Source: Calditrichota bacterium (GTDB lineage Bacteria; Zixibacteria; MSB-5A5; GN15; FEB-12). Taken from it: a stretch of 29,924 bases of DNA. How positions within the stretch are numbered: position 1 is the first letter of the stretch; the number at the start of each line of letters is the position of its first letter. The translations under genes were made by a program, and so were the position numbers. This document shows, piece after piece, positions 1-8,302 of this stretch. The notes beneath the pieces were generated by a model. It was not told the DNA's origin. It ran no database searches and saw only the letters and a program-made list of their open reading frames with translations. The DNA is taken from the NCBI GenBank assembly GCA_030641085.1, contig DAOWIC010000323.1, forward strand, positions 1 through 29,924, given 5' to 3'.

Positions 1-1
1 A

Positions 2-190
2 ATTTCCAAGGGCATCTTCTTTATAATCATCTACTCGCTCTCGTTTGTGTTGATGGCCCTCTTAATCGGTTTTATCACAACGCCGATTCTGTTCATCTAC
101 GGTATCTGGGACGCCTACAAATCGGCCGAAAAGATCAACCAGGATATCGCCCAGCGATCGGCCTTCCATAACGGCCCGGGGGTTAATTAA
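2..190 (+). CDS. 3' end of a small membrane protein (TM2/DUF5683-like), truncated by the window start
   Basis: Frame 2 is open to TAA at 188-190 and reads ISKGIFFIIIYSLSFVLMALLIGFITTPILFIYGIWDAYKSAEKINQ..., i.e. hydrophobic helices followed by a 'GIWDAY' motif. Confidence 0.6.
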   Translation: MSKGIFFIIIYSLSFVLMALLIGFITTPILFIYGIWDAYKSAEKINQDIAQRSAFHNGPGVN

Positions 191-315
191 CATAACCTGA
201 CAACCGGCGGCCAACCGACGCTTTTTTCGTCCGGCAGTTGCCGGCGTTGTCCGTGACTATACGAATAGATATCGATTCGATATAGCTGCAGTACCAAAAC
301 TGAAGGAGGCAGAAA

Positions 316-612
316 ATGGCGACATTCATGTTAATGACCAAGCTCTCTCCGGATATCACCGCCCAGATGAAAAACCGGGCCGAGGTCGGTCGCGCCTGGC
401 TGGAGCAGGTGAAAAAGAAATGCCCGGAGGTGAAGTTTCTTGCCCATTATGGACTGCTCGGACCGTTCGATTTCTGCGATATCTACGAGGCTCCCGATGC
501 CGAGACGGCGGCGAAAGTGTCGATGATCAGTCTTTCCAACGGCGCGCTGCAGGCCGAAAGCTGGATGGCGATACCGTATAAGCGGATTGTTGAGCTGGCG
601 ACCGAGATTTAG
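316..612 (+). CDS. GYD domain-containing protein
   Basis: 98 aa with a strong RBS (GAAGGAGG, 302-309). The 'YGLLGPFDFCDIYEAPDAETAAKVS' segment matches the GYD family pattern (y.tlG.yD.v.i.eapD...aa). Confidence 0.8.
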   Translation: MATFMLMTKLSPDITAQMKNRAEVGRAWLEQVKKKCPEVKFLAHYGLLGPFDFCDIYEAPDAETAAKVSMISLSNGALQAESWMAIPYKRIVELATEI

Positions 613-629
613 CCGCCTGCAGCCGGTGG

Positions 630-657
630 TTGACATTACCGACCTGATACTTATATT
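630..657 (+). promoter_or_regulatory. sigma70-type promoter for coaX, probably giving a leaderless mRNA
   Basis: TTGACA (630-635), a 16-nt spacer, TATATT (652-657), then 6 nt to the ATG at 664. There is no SD sequence before the ATG. Confidence 0.6.
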
Positions 658-663
658 CCGTCT

Positions 664-1428
664 ATGCTGATCGCAATCGACATTGGCAACACCAACATAG
701 TCATCGGCCTGTATAGGGGCACGACACTCAAAGATCATTTCCGCGTATCATCGCGGCGTGATCTGACCGACGACGAGACCGGCTTTTTTCTGACCGCCTG
801 GCTGAGTCGGATGAATCTGACCAACGAGCAGATCGATGCCGTGGTCGTCTGTTCCGTAGTGCCGATCTTGACTCGGACTTTCGAGACGGTCGCCAGAAAA
901 CATCTCGGATGCATGCCGACCATGGTCTCCTGCCGTCTTAAGCTTCCGATCACAATCGAGATTGACCAGCCGGATCAGATTGGAGCTGACCGCATTGCCA
1001 ACGCCGCCGCCGGTTTTGAGAAATATGGCGGTCCGCTGATAATTGTCGATTTCGGCACCGCCACGACATTCGATGTGATTAGCGAAAAGGGCGCCTATAT
1101 CGGCGGCGTGATTATTCCCGGACCGGAGACCTCGATGGCGGAGTTGTCGAAAAAGGCGGCGCGCCTGTTTGAGATTCGGATCGAGCCGCCCGATACGGTA
1201 GTCGGCAAATCGACCGCGGGCGCGCTGAAATCGGGATTGTTTTACGGCACGGTCGGGCAGGTCGATCACATTATCGACCGGATCATAGCCGAAACCGGTT
1301 TTACCGGTTGTCGGATTATCGCCACCGGCGGTTTCGCGCGTGGTCTCGAGCATTACTCGCAACATATCAAGCTGGTGGAGCCGACCCTTACACTGGAAGG
1401 GCTGCGTATAATCAACGCTCTCAATTAG
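664..1428 (+). CDS. coaX: Type III pantothenate kinase
   Basis: Motifs 'LIAIDIGNTNIVIG', 'QIGADRIANA', 'IIVDFGTATTFD', 'YIGGVIIPG' and 'IIATGGFA' are diagnostic for CoaX/PanK-III. Confidence 0.95.
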   Translation: MLIAIDIGNTNIVIGLYRGTTLKDHFRVSSRRDLTDDETGFFLTAWLSRMNLTNEQIDAVVVCSVVPILTRTFETVARKHLGCMPTMVSCRLKLPITIEIDQPDQIGADRIANAAAGFEKYGGPLIIVDFGTATTFDVISEKGAYIGGVIIPGPETSMAELSKKAARLFEIRIEPPDTVVGKSTAGALKSGLFYGTVGQVDHIIDRIIAETGFTGCRIIATGGFARGLEHYSQHIKLVEPTLTLEGLRIINALN

Positions 1429-1451
1429 CAAATCCCGCGGATTAACCGAAT

Positions 1452-1481
1452 AAAAAAAGGCGCTCGCGAGAGCGCCTTTTT
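1452..1481. terminator. Bidirectional intrinsic terminator between the convergent coaX and aminotransferase genes
   Basis: AAAAAAAGGCGCTC-GC-GAGAGCGCCTTTTT: a GC stem flanked by A and T tracts. Confidence 0.85.
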
Positions 1482-1498
1482 CATTCTTCGAATCTATA

Positions 1499-2923
1499 TC
1501 ACATCTGGTAGTACTGCTGGAAATCAAGCGCGTACCCTTTCGGCGTAAACTCGCCCTTCTCTTTGTTCAGTTCCCACTCCTTGTGATAATCACCGGCGTC
1601 GATCTTTTTGACCATCTCGATAAAGCGGTCAATTTCTTCTTTGGTGTTATACAGACCGAACGAGGTGCGAATCGTGCCCGGTATCTGCGAACGGTCGCGG
1701 TTGAGGATCTGCCGCTCGAGTTCGGCCGAGGCGTCATCATCAACCTCCAGCAACTCCTTCACATAGGTATGGGCGCAGAAACATCCGGAGCGTACCCCGA
1801 TCGCCCCCTCGTAGCTCAGGATAGCCGCGGTCAGGGCATGCGGAATGTCGCCGACATTCATCGAGATAACCGCCAGGCGGTTCTCGGCGTTTTTCGGATC
1901 CGTGTCGCCGTAGATCGTCACCGACGGTATTTGAGCCAGCCTTTCAAGCGCGTAGGCAACCATCTCCGATTCATGACGGATTATGTCCTCCCAGCCGACC
2001 GCCTGAATAAGCCGGATTATTTTCGCCAGAGCCACCACGCCGATAATATTAGGGGTGCCGGCCTCTTCCTTTTCCGGGAGGTCGGTCCAGTAGGCGTTTT
2101 CGAGAGTAACGATATCCACTACGCCGCCGCCGACGGTCTCCGGATCACCCTCCTCGAATGCCGCCTTCTCGCCGACCAGCACGCCGATCCCGAACGGGGC
2201 ATACATCTTGTGGGCGGAAAAACAGAGGTAGTCAATCTTGTGCTGTGGGTCATGCGGCTTCATATCGACCGGGCGATGCGGCACAAGCTGAGCGCCGTCG
2301 ACTAAAATCTTGGCGCCGATCCGGTGGGTCTCGCGGGCGTAGAAGTCGATGTCGCTGATATAGCCGGTGACATTCGACGCGCCGGTGATCGCCACCAGCT
2401 TGATGCGCGAGCCGAATTTCTCCAGATTGGCGAGAAAATCCTCTTTCGAAATGGTCCCGTCCGGGTTCAACCCGACATGCTGAACCGGCCCCACCTGACG
2501 CCAGGGCAGTTCGTTGGAATGGTGCTCCATCAGGGTGGTCAGAATAATACCGTCGTCATCGAGCGGGACGCGATGGGCCAGTTTGTTGATCGCTTCGGTG
2601 GAATTCTTGGTAAAGATGACCACCTGTTGGTCGAGGTCGGCGCCGATAAATTCGGCGATAATTTCGCGCGATTTCTCAAACGCCCAACTGGCCAGTTGTG
2701 ATTTGAAGCCGGTCCCGCGGTGAACATTGGAGTACCATCGCAAAAACGAAGTGACCGAGTCGGCAATGACGGAAAAAGTTGGTGTTGAGGCAGCGTTGTC
2801 GAAGTTAATATATCTCATCGGTCCATGCAGAGTCGGCACGACTGTTTCCGCACCCAGCAGCATGTCCGGCAAATCGTTAATGGAAATCTTCATATTCTTA
2901 TCAAGGCCAACTGGTGATGTCAT
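1499..2923 (-). CDS. PLP-dependent class V aminotransferase / cysteine desulfurase (SufS/CsdA-like)
   Basis: Motifs 'INFDNAASTP', 'YSNVHRG', 'MEHHSNELPW', 'LVDGAQLVPH', PLP-lysine 'SAHKMYAPFGIG', 'EAGTPN' and 'VRSGCFCAH'. Start placed at ATG 2923, which has GGAG about 7 nt upstream; the ORF-track start at 3091 overlaps the GT gene. Confidence 0.85.
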   Translation of the reverse strand: MTSPVGLDKNMKISINDLPDMLLGAETVVPTLHGPMRYINFDNAASTPTFSVIADSVTSFLRWYSNVHRGTGFKSQLASWAFEKSREIIAEFIGADLDQQVVIFTKNSTEAINKLAHRVPLDDDGIILTTLMEHHSNELPWRQVGPVQHVGLNPDGTISKEDFLANLEKFGSRIKLVAITGASNVTGYISDIDFYARETHRIGAKILVDGAQLVPHRPVDMKPHDPQHKIDYLCFSAHKMYAPFGIGVLVGEKAAFEEGDPETVGGGVVDIVTLENAYWTDLPEKEEAGTPNIIGVVALAKIIRLIQAVGWEDIIRHESEMVAYALERLAQIPSVTIYGDTDPKNAENRLAVISMNVGDIPHALTAAILSYEGAIGVRSGCFCAHTYVKELLEVDDDASAELERQILNRDRSQIPGTIRTSFGLYNTKEEIDRFIEMVKKIDAGDYHKEWELNKEKGEFTPKGYALDFQQYYQM

Positions 2924-3002
2924 GTACATACTCCGCTCTTGGAATTTATTGCTGGTGCAATATAGATAAAACGATCTGGATGCGAAAGAGAATATGGGTG
3001 GC

Positions 3003-4214
3003 TTAAAGCTTACTGAGCGTGGACATGTATTCATCTGCCCACTTCTGGCGCCGGTGGTGGCGATAGGAATGCTCGTGGTACTTGCGGCCAAGGTCCTCGC
3101 CGTCGATCCGACCCGATTTCAGCTTGAGGATCAACTCGCTAAGCTGCTGGGGATCGTCGGTGCGGAAATGCAGGGCGCCGCCGGCTTTTTCAAGCTCCCG
3201 AACTGCTTCGCCATCGGTCGAACCGAAGACAATCGGCCGCCCGGAGGCCATGTACTCAAATAGTTTGCACGGGAAAGTGCCCTTGGTGACCGGCACTTCC
3301 TTCAGGCTCTCCACAAGGACATCGCTCGCCTTGAGAAAATAGGGTATGGTTTCCAGCGGCTGCAGCCCGATAAAACCGACATTTTTCAACCCGTAATCAC
3401 GCACCATCCCCTCCAGAACCTGCTTCTTCTGCCCGTCGCCGATAAAGGCGAAGTAGATATCCGGATGGTCGTTCAATTGACGCGCCGCCTCAATCACAGT
3501 TTCCAGCGAATGGGCCCAGCCGAGCGTACCGGCGTAAAGAATGAGAAACTTCTCTTCCCATCCGAAGCGCCTGCGAATACCGTTGGAGTCGGCGTTGATA
3601 AACTCCTCGGAGACACCGGATTTGATGGTAAGCACCTTATCACTCGGGATCCCGATCTGCCCGAGATATTCGGTGATGCCGTCGGTGACCGAAACGATTT
3701 TGTCCGCCTTGCGGTAGAGCCAGTGCATGAACCGCTTGAGCGCACGAGTAAACAGCGAGCGATTCAGGTTGCCGAAATCCTCGCTCGATTCCGGCTGGAG
3801 ATCGCGGATCTCAAGGACAAATTTGCATTTGCGCAGGCGGCTTAGGATCCAGCCGATAACCGGGGTGGTAACCGGCGGCGAGGAGGCGATGAGCAAATCG
3901 AAGTTATCCTTCAGCCTGAAAGAATTGAATATGGCCGACATCAGAAAAGTAATAAAGCCGACCATCCGCTTTCCGGGCTGACTGTTAGAGGCCGGCAAGA
4001 CCCAACTTCGATAAACCTGGACGCCGTCCATATCTTCGTGGTAGAAGAACTTGCCCCGATATTTTTCAGGTACAATTCCGTCCGGGTAATTGGGCATACC
4101 GGTGAGTACCGATACGCGATTCCCCCCCCGAACGAAATGCTGGGCAAATTCAAAGAGGCGTCTGGTCGCTCCCCTCTCCGGAGGAAAATGCTGAGTGATT
4201 ATGAGAATATTCAT
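3003..4214 (-). CDS. Glycosyltransferase family 4 (WbuB-like)
   Basis: Motifs 'ILIITQHFPPE', 'LTGMPNYPDG', 'ASSPP', 'LEIRDLQPES', 'YAGTLGWAHSLE' and 'PCKLFEYMASGRPI'. ATG start at 4214. Confidence 0.9.
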   Translation of the reverse strand: MNILIITQHFPPERGATRRLFEFAQHFVRGGNRVSVLTGMPNYPDGIVPEKYRGKFFYHEDMDGVQVYRSWVLPASNSQPGKRMVGFITFLMSAIFNSFRLKDNFDLLIASSPPVTTPVIGWILSRLRKCKFVLEIRDLQPESSEDFGNLNRSLFTRALKRFMHWLYRKADKIVSVTDGITEYLGQIGIPSDKVLTIKSGVSEEFINADSNGIRRRFGWEEKFLILYAGTLGWAHSLETVIEAARQLNDHPDIYFAFIGDGQKKQVLEGMVRDYGLKNVGFIGLQPLETIPYFLKASDVLVESLKEVPVTKGTFPCKLFEYMASGRPIVFGSTDGEAVRELEKAGGALHFRTDDPQQLSELILKLKSGRIDGEDLGRKYHEHSYRHHRRQKWADEYMSTLSKL

Positions 4215-4302
4215 ATCCAACCGTTCGTAAACTTAAGAATTCCAAGGGCTTTTTGCAAGATATAATTGAGCCTTCAGAGTATTATTTTTTTCACTTAAAT
4301 GC

Positions 4303-4331
4303 TTGACTGTAACCAAAATCTCCGATATTTT
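4303..4331 (+). promoter_or_regulatory. Putative sigma70 promoter for the cytochrome c gene
   Basis: TTGACT (4303-4308), 17 nt, TATTTT (4326-4331), in an AT-rich divergent intergenic region. Confidence 0.4.
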
Positions 4332-4402
4332 TGTCCCACTAAACGTGAAACTGAGAGAAGATCCAAGGGTATAAGCAGTAACTAACAACGGAGAGAGGTA
4401 AA

Positions 4403-4915
4403 ATGATCCGCAAATTCGTTATTTTCTCGACCCTGCTTCTGGCCATGGTTGCCTTTGTGGCCATGATGGCGTCTGCTGAAGAGGCCAAGCACGAATACGT
4501 GGGCAACAAAAAGTGCAAAGGCTGTCACAAGGACCAGTTTAAGGCCTGGGGCGAAACCACCCACGCCACGTCTTTTGACAAACTCAGCGACGAAGAAAAG
4601 GCCAAGCCGGAGTGCGCGAAGTGCCACACCAGCGGCACTATGGCCGATGGAACGCTCCTTGAGGGCGTGACCTGCGAAGGCTGCCACGGTCCGGGTTCGG
4701 ATTACAAATCGCCCAAGATCATGAGCAAGAAAAAATATAAGGCTGACAAAGAAGCTCAGCGCAAGCTCGCCCTTGAGGCCGGCCTGATTCTTCCGGGCGA
4801 GGCCGACTGCGTGACTTGCCACACCAAGGAAGGCAACACTAACTTTAAGCCTTTTGAATTCGAAAAGCGCAAAGGTGAAGTTCACCCGCCTGCTGTCGCA
4901 GAAGCCGAAAAATAA
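4403..4915 (+). CDS. Secreted tetraheme c-type cytochrome (cytochrome c554-like family)
   Basis: Sec signal peptide, four CxxCH motifs (CKGCH, CAKCH, CEGCH, CVTCH), the 'CEGCHGPGS' signature and an RBS (GGAGAGAGG). Confidence 0.9.
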   Translation: MIRKFVIFSTLLLAMVAFVAMMASAEEAKHEYVGNKKCKGCHKDQFKAWGETTHATSFDKLSDEEKAKPECAKCHTSGTMADGTLLEGVTCEGCHGPGSDYKSPKIMSKKKYKADKEAQRKLALEAGLILPGEADCVTCHTKEGNTNFKPFEFEKRKGEVHPPAVAEAEK

Positions 4916-4938
4916 GCGGGCATTCGATTCAAAGCATG

Positions 4939-4968
4939 AAAAAAGCGGCCGATTGCGGCCGCTTTTTT
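4939..4968. terminator. Bidirectional intrinsic terminator
   Basis: AAAAAAGCGGCCG-ATTG-CGGCCGCTTTTTT is a perfect inverted repeat between convergent genes. Confidence 0.9.
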
Positions 4969-4986
4969 GTGCAGTTTTTTGCCGAA

Positions 4987-5538
4987 TCATTCGGCCAGGG
5001 AGAAAGTGCGCACCGACACCCACTTGTTGTCCATCAGCGGCGTCACCAGATCAACCGCATCGGCGGTGAATTTCTCCTGCGACAGGCTGGAGACAATCGC
5101 CTCCTTGACAATCAGCACCCGGTGGCTCGAAACCTCACGCGCCACCACAACATGGGGTTTGAACTTCTTGAAGGGAATCGGAATCTCCAGCCGCGAGTAC
5201 AGTGAATAGTACAGATCGTTGAGGGTCTCATTCGGCATTGCCGACCAGTAGATTACAGGAGAGCCGGGATAGAAATCGCCGATCGAGTCCATCTCGACCG
5301 TGATTGCCCGGTGCAACCGCATTTCGTCGGTAATAACCGACGCCAGATCGTCGAGCGACCGGGTGGTCTCAAACGGAAATACCAGCGGAATATGGGCCGG
5401 CATCTGGCTGTAAACCGGGTCGTATTTCTCACGGATAGGCGAGATCAGATCATCGAGCACCGCGGGCAAAAATAGAACCAGCGCGTACTGTACATGGCGT
5501 CGCTCTTTTTCCGGTCCGAAATTGAAATAACTTTCCAT
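4987..5538 (-). CDS. 2H phosphoesterase / 2'-5' RNA ligase family protein with degenerate motifs
   Basis: 'IREKYDPVYSQMPAHIPLVFPF' and 'KFKPHVVVAR' sit where the two HxT motifs of the YjcG/LigT-like family are expected. Confidence 0.75.
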   Translation of the reverse strand: MESYFNFGPEKERRHVQYALVLFLPAVLDDLISPIREKYDPVYSQMPAHIPLVFPFETTRSLDDLASVITDEMRLHRAITVEMDSIGDFYPGSPVIYWSAMPNETLNDLYYSLYSRLEIPIPFKKFKPHVVVAREVSSHRVLIVKEAIVSSLSQEKFTADAVDLVTPLMDNKWVSVRTFSLAE

Positions 5539-5568
5539 GATAATCGAAAGGATCTATGCCGATAGCAT

Positions 5569-7014
5569 CTATTTGAAGAAGTTTATCTCGATTCTTCTGT
5601 TTTTGGCCCTGCCGGCGGCGGTACTGTTGTCGGCGACAAAATTGGTCTCGCCGCGACCGAATACTATTATTCGGGAAGCATCCACGCCGAATGTAATCAG
5701 GTACTCACGCACCCGCCCGGCTCGCTTTTTCGAGAGCTTCCGGTTGGCCGCGGTAGTACCAATATTGTCGGTGTAACCATTGATTTCAAGTCTGATTTCC
5801 GGGACAAAGTTCAGCACCCGCACCAGGCTCTTCAGCCGCTCCTGGTTGTTCGGATCGACCTCAAAAGAGCCGGGCTCGTAGTCGATATTGAGCACCATCG
5901 GCCGCGCCAGCATCGTCAGATCGATACATCCAAACTGGTCCACCTCGGCGCCGAAGAGCGTGTTCGGGCAGTCATCAAGGCCGTCCGGCACTCCGTCGGC
6001 ATCCCCGTCGAGCGGACAGCCGGATTCGTTAACATGAGCGCCGACCTGATTGAACGGGCAGGTATCGCGATAATCCGGGACTCCGTCAAAATCCGAGTCC
6101 ACCGGACAGCCGAATATATCCACCCGGCCGCCGGCGCGGCGGTCGGTATCCGGGCAGTCATCCAGCCCATCCGAGACCCCGTCGCCGTCCGAATCGAGCG
6201 AGCAGCCGTCGCGGTCGACAATTATGCCGAAGCGCGTGTTTTCGCACTGGTCACGGCTGTCGGAAACCCCGTCGCCGTCGGAGTCAATCGATCGGGTCGG
6301 CAGGTCCTCATCATCGGCAGGCGCAACTGTCGCCCAGCTTCTGTCGGAGCGCCAGCCGCTTTTTGCCGCCCGGTCGCCGAAATGGATCGTCAGCGAGACA
6401 TAGCTCCCCAGTTGCCAGCGATGGCGAGTGTCTGACACGGTCGTGGCGAACTCCGCCCCGGCGCCGCTGAGATAATCGGCCTGAAAATCGAGATTGAGAG
6501 CGACTGTCTCGGTCAAAAAGAGACTGAGACCGCCACCGCCGGTAAAGAATATCTCCGAAGCGGAATAATCAAGCTGCTCGTTGTGCGGGCCGCTGACATC
6601 CAGAATCGTATCGCCTACCGGCTCGACCATTTTCCAGATCATCAGCCCGCCCCCGAGATCGAGCGAAAGGTTGGCGCGGCTCTGCCATGAGAACAGCAGG
6701 TGGCGAAAAGTCATGCTAAGACGGGTCGCACGCCACTGTTCGGTGGCCATCTCTTTGTCGCCGCCAATGGCGAATATCGTATTGGCTGATGTGTCGTTGA
6801 AATTGCGGTGCACACTCAGATCGAAATCGAGCAGCCACTGGTCGCCCAGACGGTAGCCGACACTGCCGCCCCAGCTATCCTGCAGCGTAAACTTGTCGAC
6901 ATCGCCGCCGGATATCGTAGTCAAACCGCCCTTGAAACCGAGATAATATTCGTAGTCGCTCGCAAACGCGCTGGGCACAAGCAGTATCAAAAGTATGGCA
7001 ATCAAACGCAGCAT
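5569..7014 (-). CDS. OmpA family outer-membrane protein (beta-barrel + TSP3 Ca-binding repeats + peptidoglycan-binding domain)
   Basis: Signal peptide MLRLIAILLILLVPSAFA (start 7014), amphipathic beta-strand region, four DxDxDGVxDxxDxC repeats, and a C-terminal 'GYTDNIG...NRKLSKKRA...GRGE...NRRIEI'. Confidence 0.88.
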   Translation of the reverse strand: MLRLIAILLILLVPSAFASDYEYYLGFKGGLTTISGGDVDKFTLQDSWGGSVGYRLGDQWLLDFDLSVHRNFNDTSANTIFAIGGDKEMATEQWRATRLSMTFRHLLFSWQSRANLSLDLGGGLMIWKMVEPVGDTILDVSGPHNEQLDYSASEIFFTGGGGLSLFLTETVALNLDFQADYLSGAGAEFATTVSDTRHRWQLGSYVSLTIHFGDRAAKSGWRSDRSWATVAPADDEDLPTRSIDSDGDGVSDSRDQCENTRFGIIVDRDGCSLDSDGDGVSDGLDDCPDTDRRAGGRVDIFGCPVDSDFDGVPDYRDTCPFNQVGAHVNESGCPLDGDADGVPDGLDDCPNTLFGAEVDQFGCIDLTMLARPMVLNIDYEPGSFEVDPNNQERLKSLVRVLNFVPEIRLEINGYTDNIGTTAANRKLSKKRAGRVREYLITFGVDASRIIVFGRGETNFVADNSTAAGRAKNRRIEINFFK

Positions 7015-7042
7015 CGGACACCTGTTGGTTTCATGGTCGGTT

Positions 7043-8302
7043 CTAATATAGCTTCCGGACTTCCGCTCCGGTATAATAATGGGTAAGGATCTTATCGTAG
7101 GTCCATCCCTGCCGTGACAGCCCGATGGCGCCGCACTGGCACATCCCCACCCCGTGACCGTAACCGTGACCCTCAAAGGTAACGCGCACCAGGTTCCCGG
7201 CACCGTCACGCTCGATCTTGACATCGAAGTTAGTCGAGGGCAGGATCAGGTCGGGGTTCGAGGTCCGTCCCACCACCCAGCGGATACGGTCCTTGTAGAA
7301 GCGGTAGACGTCGTTTTCGGTTCTCACGAGCAGCTTGAGCACTCGCCCGCCGGCGGTACGCTCGACCGCCTGTACATCCTGAATCCGGTTGATCCGCAGA
7401 TCACGGCCGCGATCGCTGGAAAGATACTGCTCGATTCTCCCTCGCAGTTGCGACTCGGAAAAGATCTCTTTCCAACTGTAATACTTGGACCAGGAGCAGG
7501 CGCCATCGTCCTTGACCGGTTTCAGATATGGAATCTCCTTGCGATCCCAGACCGCAGCGACATCGTCGGTGGAACCGCCACAGGTGGAATGGTAGTAAGC
7601 GTTGACATACTTGTCCTCGTAAAACAGGACACTGCCGGCAGTCGCGTCGATAGCTTTGCTGATCAGATTGTCCTCGACCTTCAGCCCCTCGTAGACCTGA
7701 TCGATAATGCTCGATTTCACATCGTAAGGCTGGCCTTCGTACTGCCGCAAATGAGCCATGGCGTAGGTGCGCGCCGCCACCGCCTGGGCCTTGACCGACT
7801 CCAACTCGTCCTTGCTGCGCTTGCCGATCTCGGGCGGGACCACACCGCGCAGATAGTCTTCCATGTAAACGACATTGATAACGCGGACTGTCTCGCCGTT
7901 GGGCAGGACTTTCATAAGACCGCGATACGGCTGGTTATTGAGAGCGATTCGGGCGTTGTTCCCGCGCGGGATCAGGTTGACTTCGTTAAGCCGCGACTGG
8001 ATCAGGCCGCCCTTGTGGTCGGTAACTTTCAGCAGGTCGCCCTCTTTGATCACATTCACGGGCCGACTGGAATAGTAAACAGTCTGCTCGCCTTTGGCCA
8101 GGCACTCGACCGCAAAAGGGGATTTGGAGCTGAAGGTGACCTCGTTTTGGTTCTCCTCTAAAAGCACCCGCACAAACGGAATACGGATAAACGAACCGCC
8201 GGTCTCTTCCTTCAGGCCGGGAATGGTGGCACAACTCCACACCAGCACCATCAGCAATAGCGCCGTTCCGAATCGGGCACTGTATCTAATGATTCTTTTC
8301 AT
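7043..8302 (-). CDS. SpoIID/LytB-domain lytic transglycosylase, probable lipoprotein
   Basis: Motifs 'INVVYMEDYLRGVVPPEIG', 'KAQAVAARTYA', 'DQVYEG', 'YHSTCGGST' and 'GYGHGVGMCQCGA', plus a lipobox-like 'VLVWSC'. Confidence 0.9.
   Translation of the reverse strand: MKRIIRYSARFGTALLLMVLVWSCATIPGLKEETGGSFIRIPFVRVLLEENQNEVTFSSKSPFAVECLAKGEQTVYYSSRPVNVIKEGDLLKVTDHKGGLIQSRLNEVNLIPRGNNARIALNNQPYRGLMKVLPNGETVRVINVVYMEDYLRGVVPPEIGKRSKDELESVKAQAVAARTYAMAHLRQYEGQPYDVKSSIIDQVYEGLKVEDNLISKAIDATAGSVLFYEDKYVNAYYHSTCGGSTDDVAAVWDRKEIPYLKPVKDDGACSWSKYYSWKEIFSESQLRGRIEQYLSSDRGRDLRINRIQDVQAVERTAGGRVLKLLVRTENDVYRFYKDRIRWVVGRTSNPDLILPSTNFDVKIERDGAGNLVRVTFEGHGYGHGVGMCQCGAIGLSRQGWTYDKILTHYYTGAEVRKLY

Noticed and set aside
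199-251. Imperfect long hairpin (GACAAC...GTTGTC) after the first gene
   Set aside because: Single copy with many mismatches; it cannot be supported as a REP element or ncRNA.
664-2923. Functional link between coaX and the cysteine desulfurase-like gene (CoA/cysteine metabolism)
   Set aside because: The genes are convergent and separated by a terminator; adjacency alone is not evidence.
2924-3091. Extended N-terminus of the class V aminotransferase given by the ORF track
   Set aside because: It overlaps the GT4 3' end, and a good RBS supports the start at 2923.
7015-7224. Extended N-terminus of OmpA given by the ORF track
   Set aside because: It overlaps the SpoIID gene, and a clean signal peptide begins at 7014.
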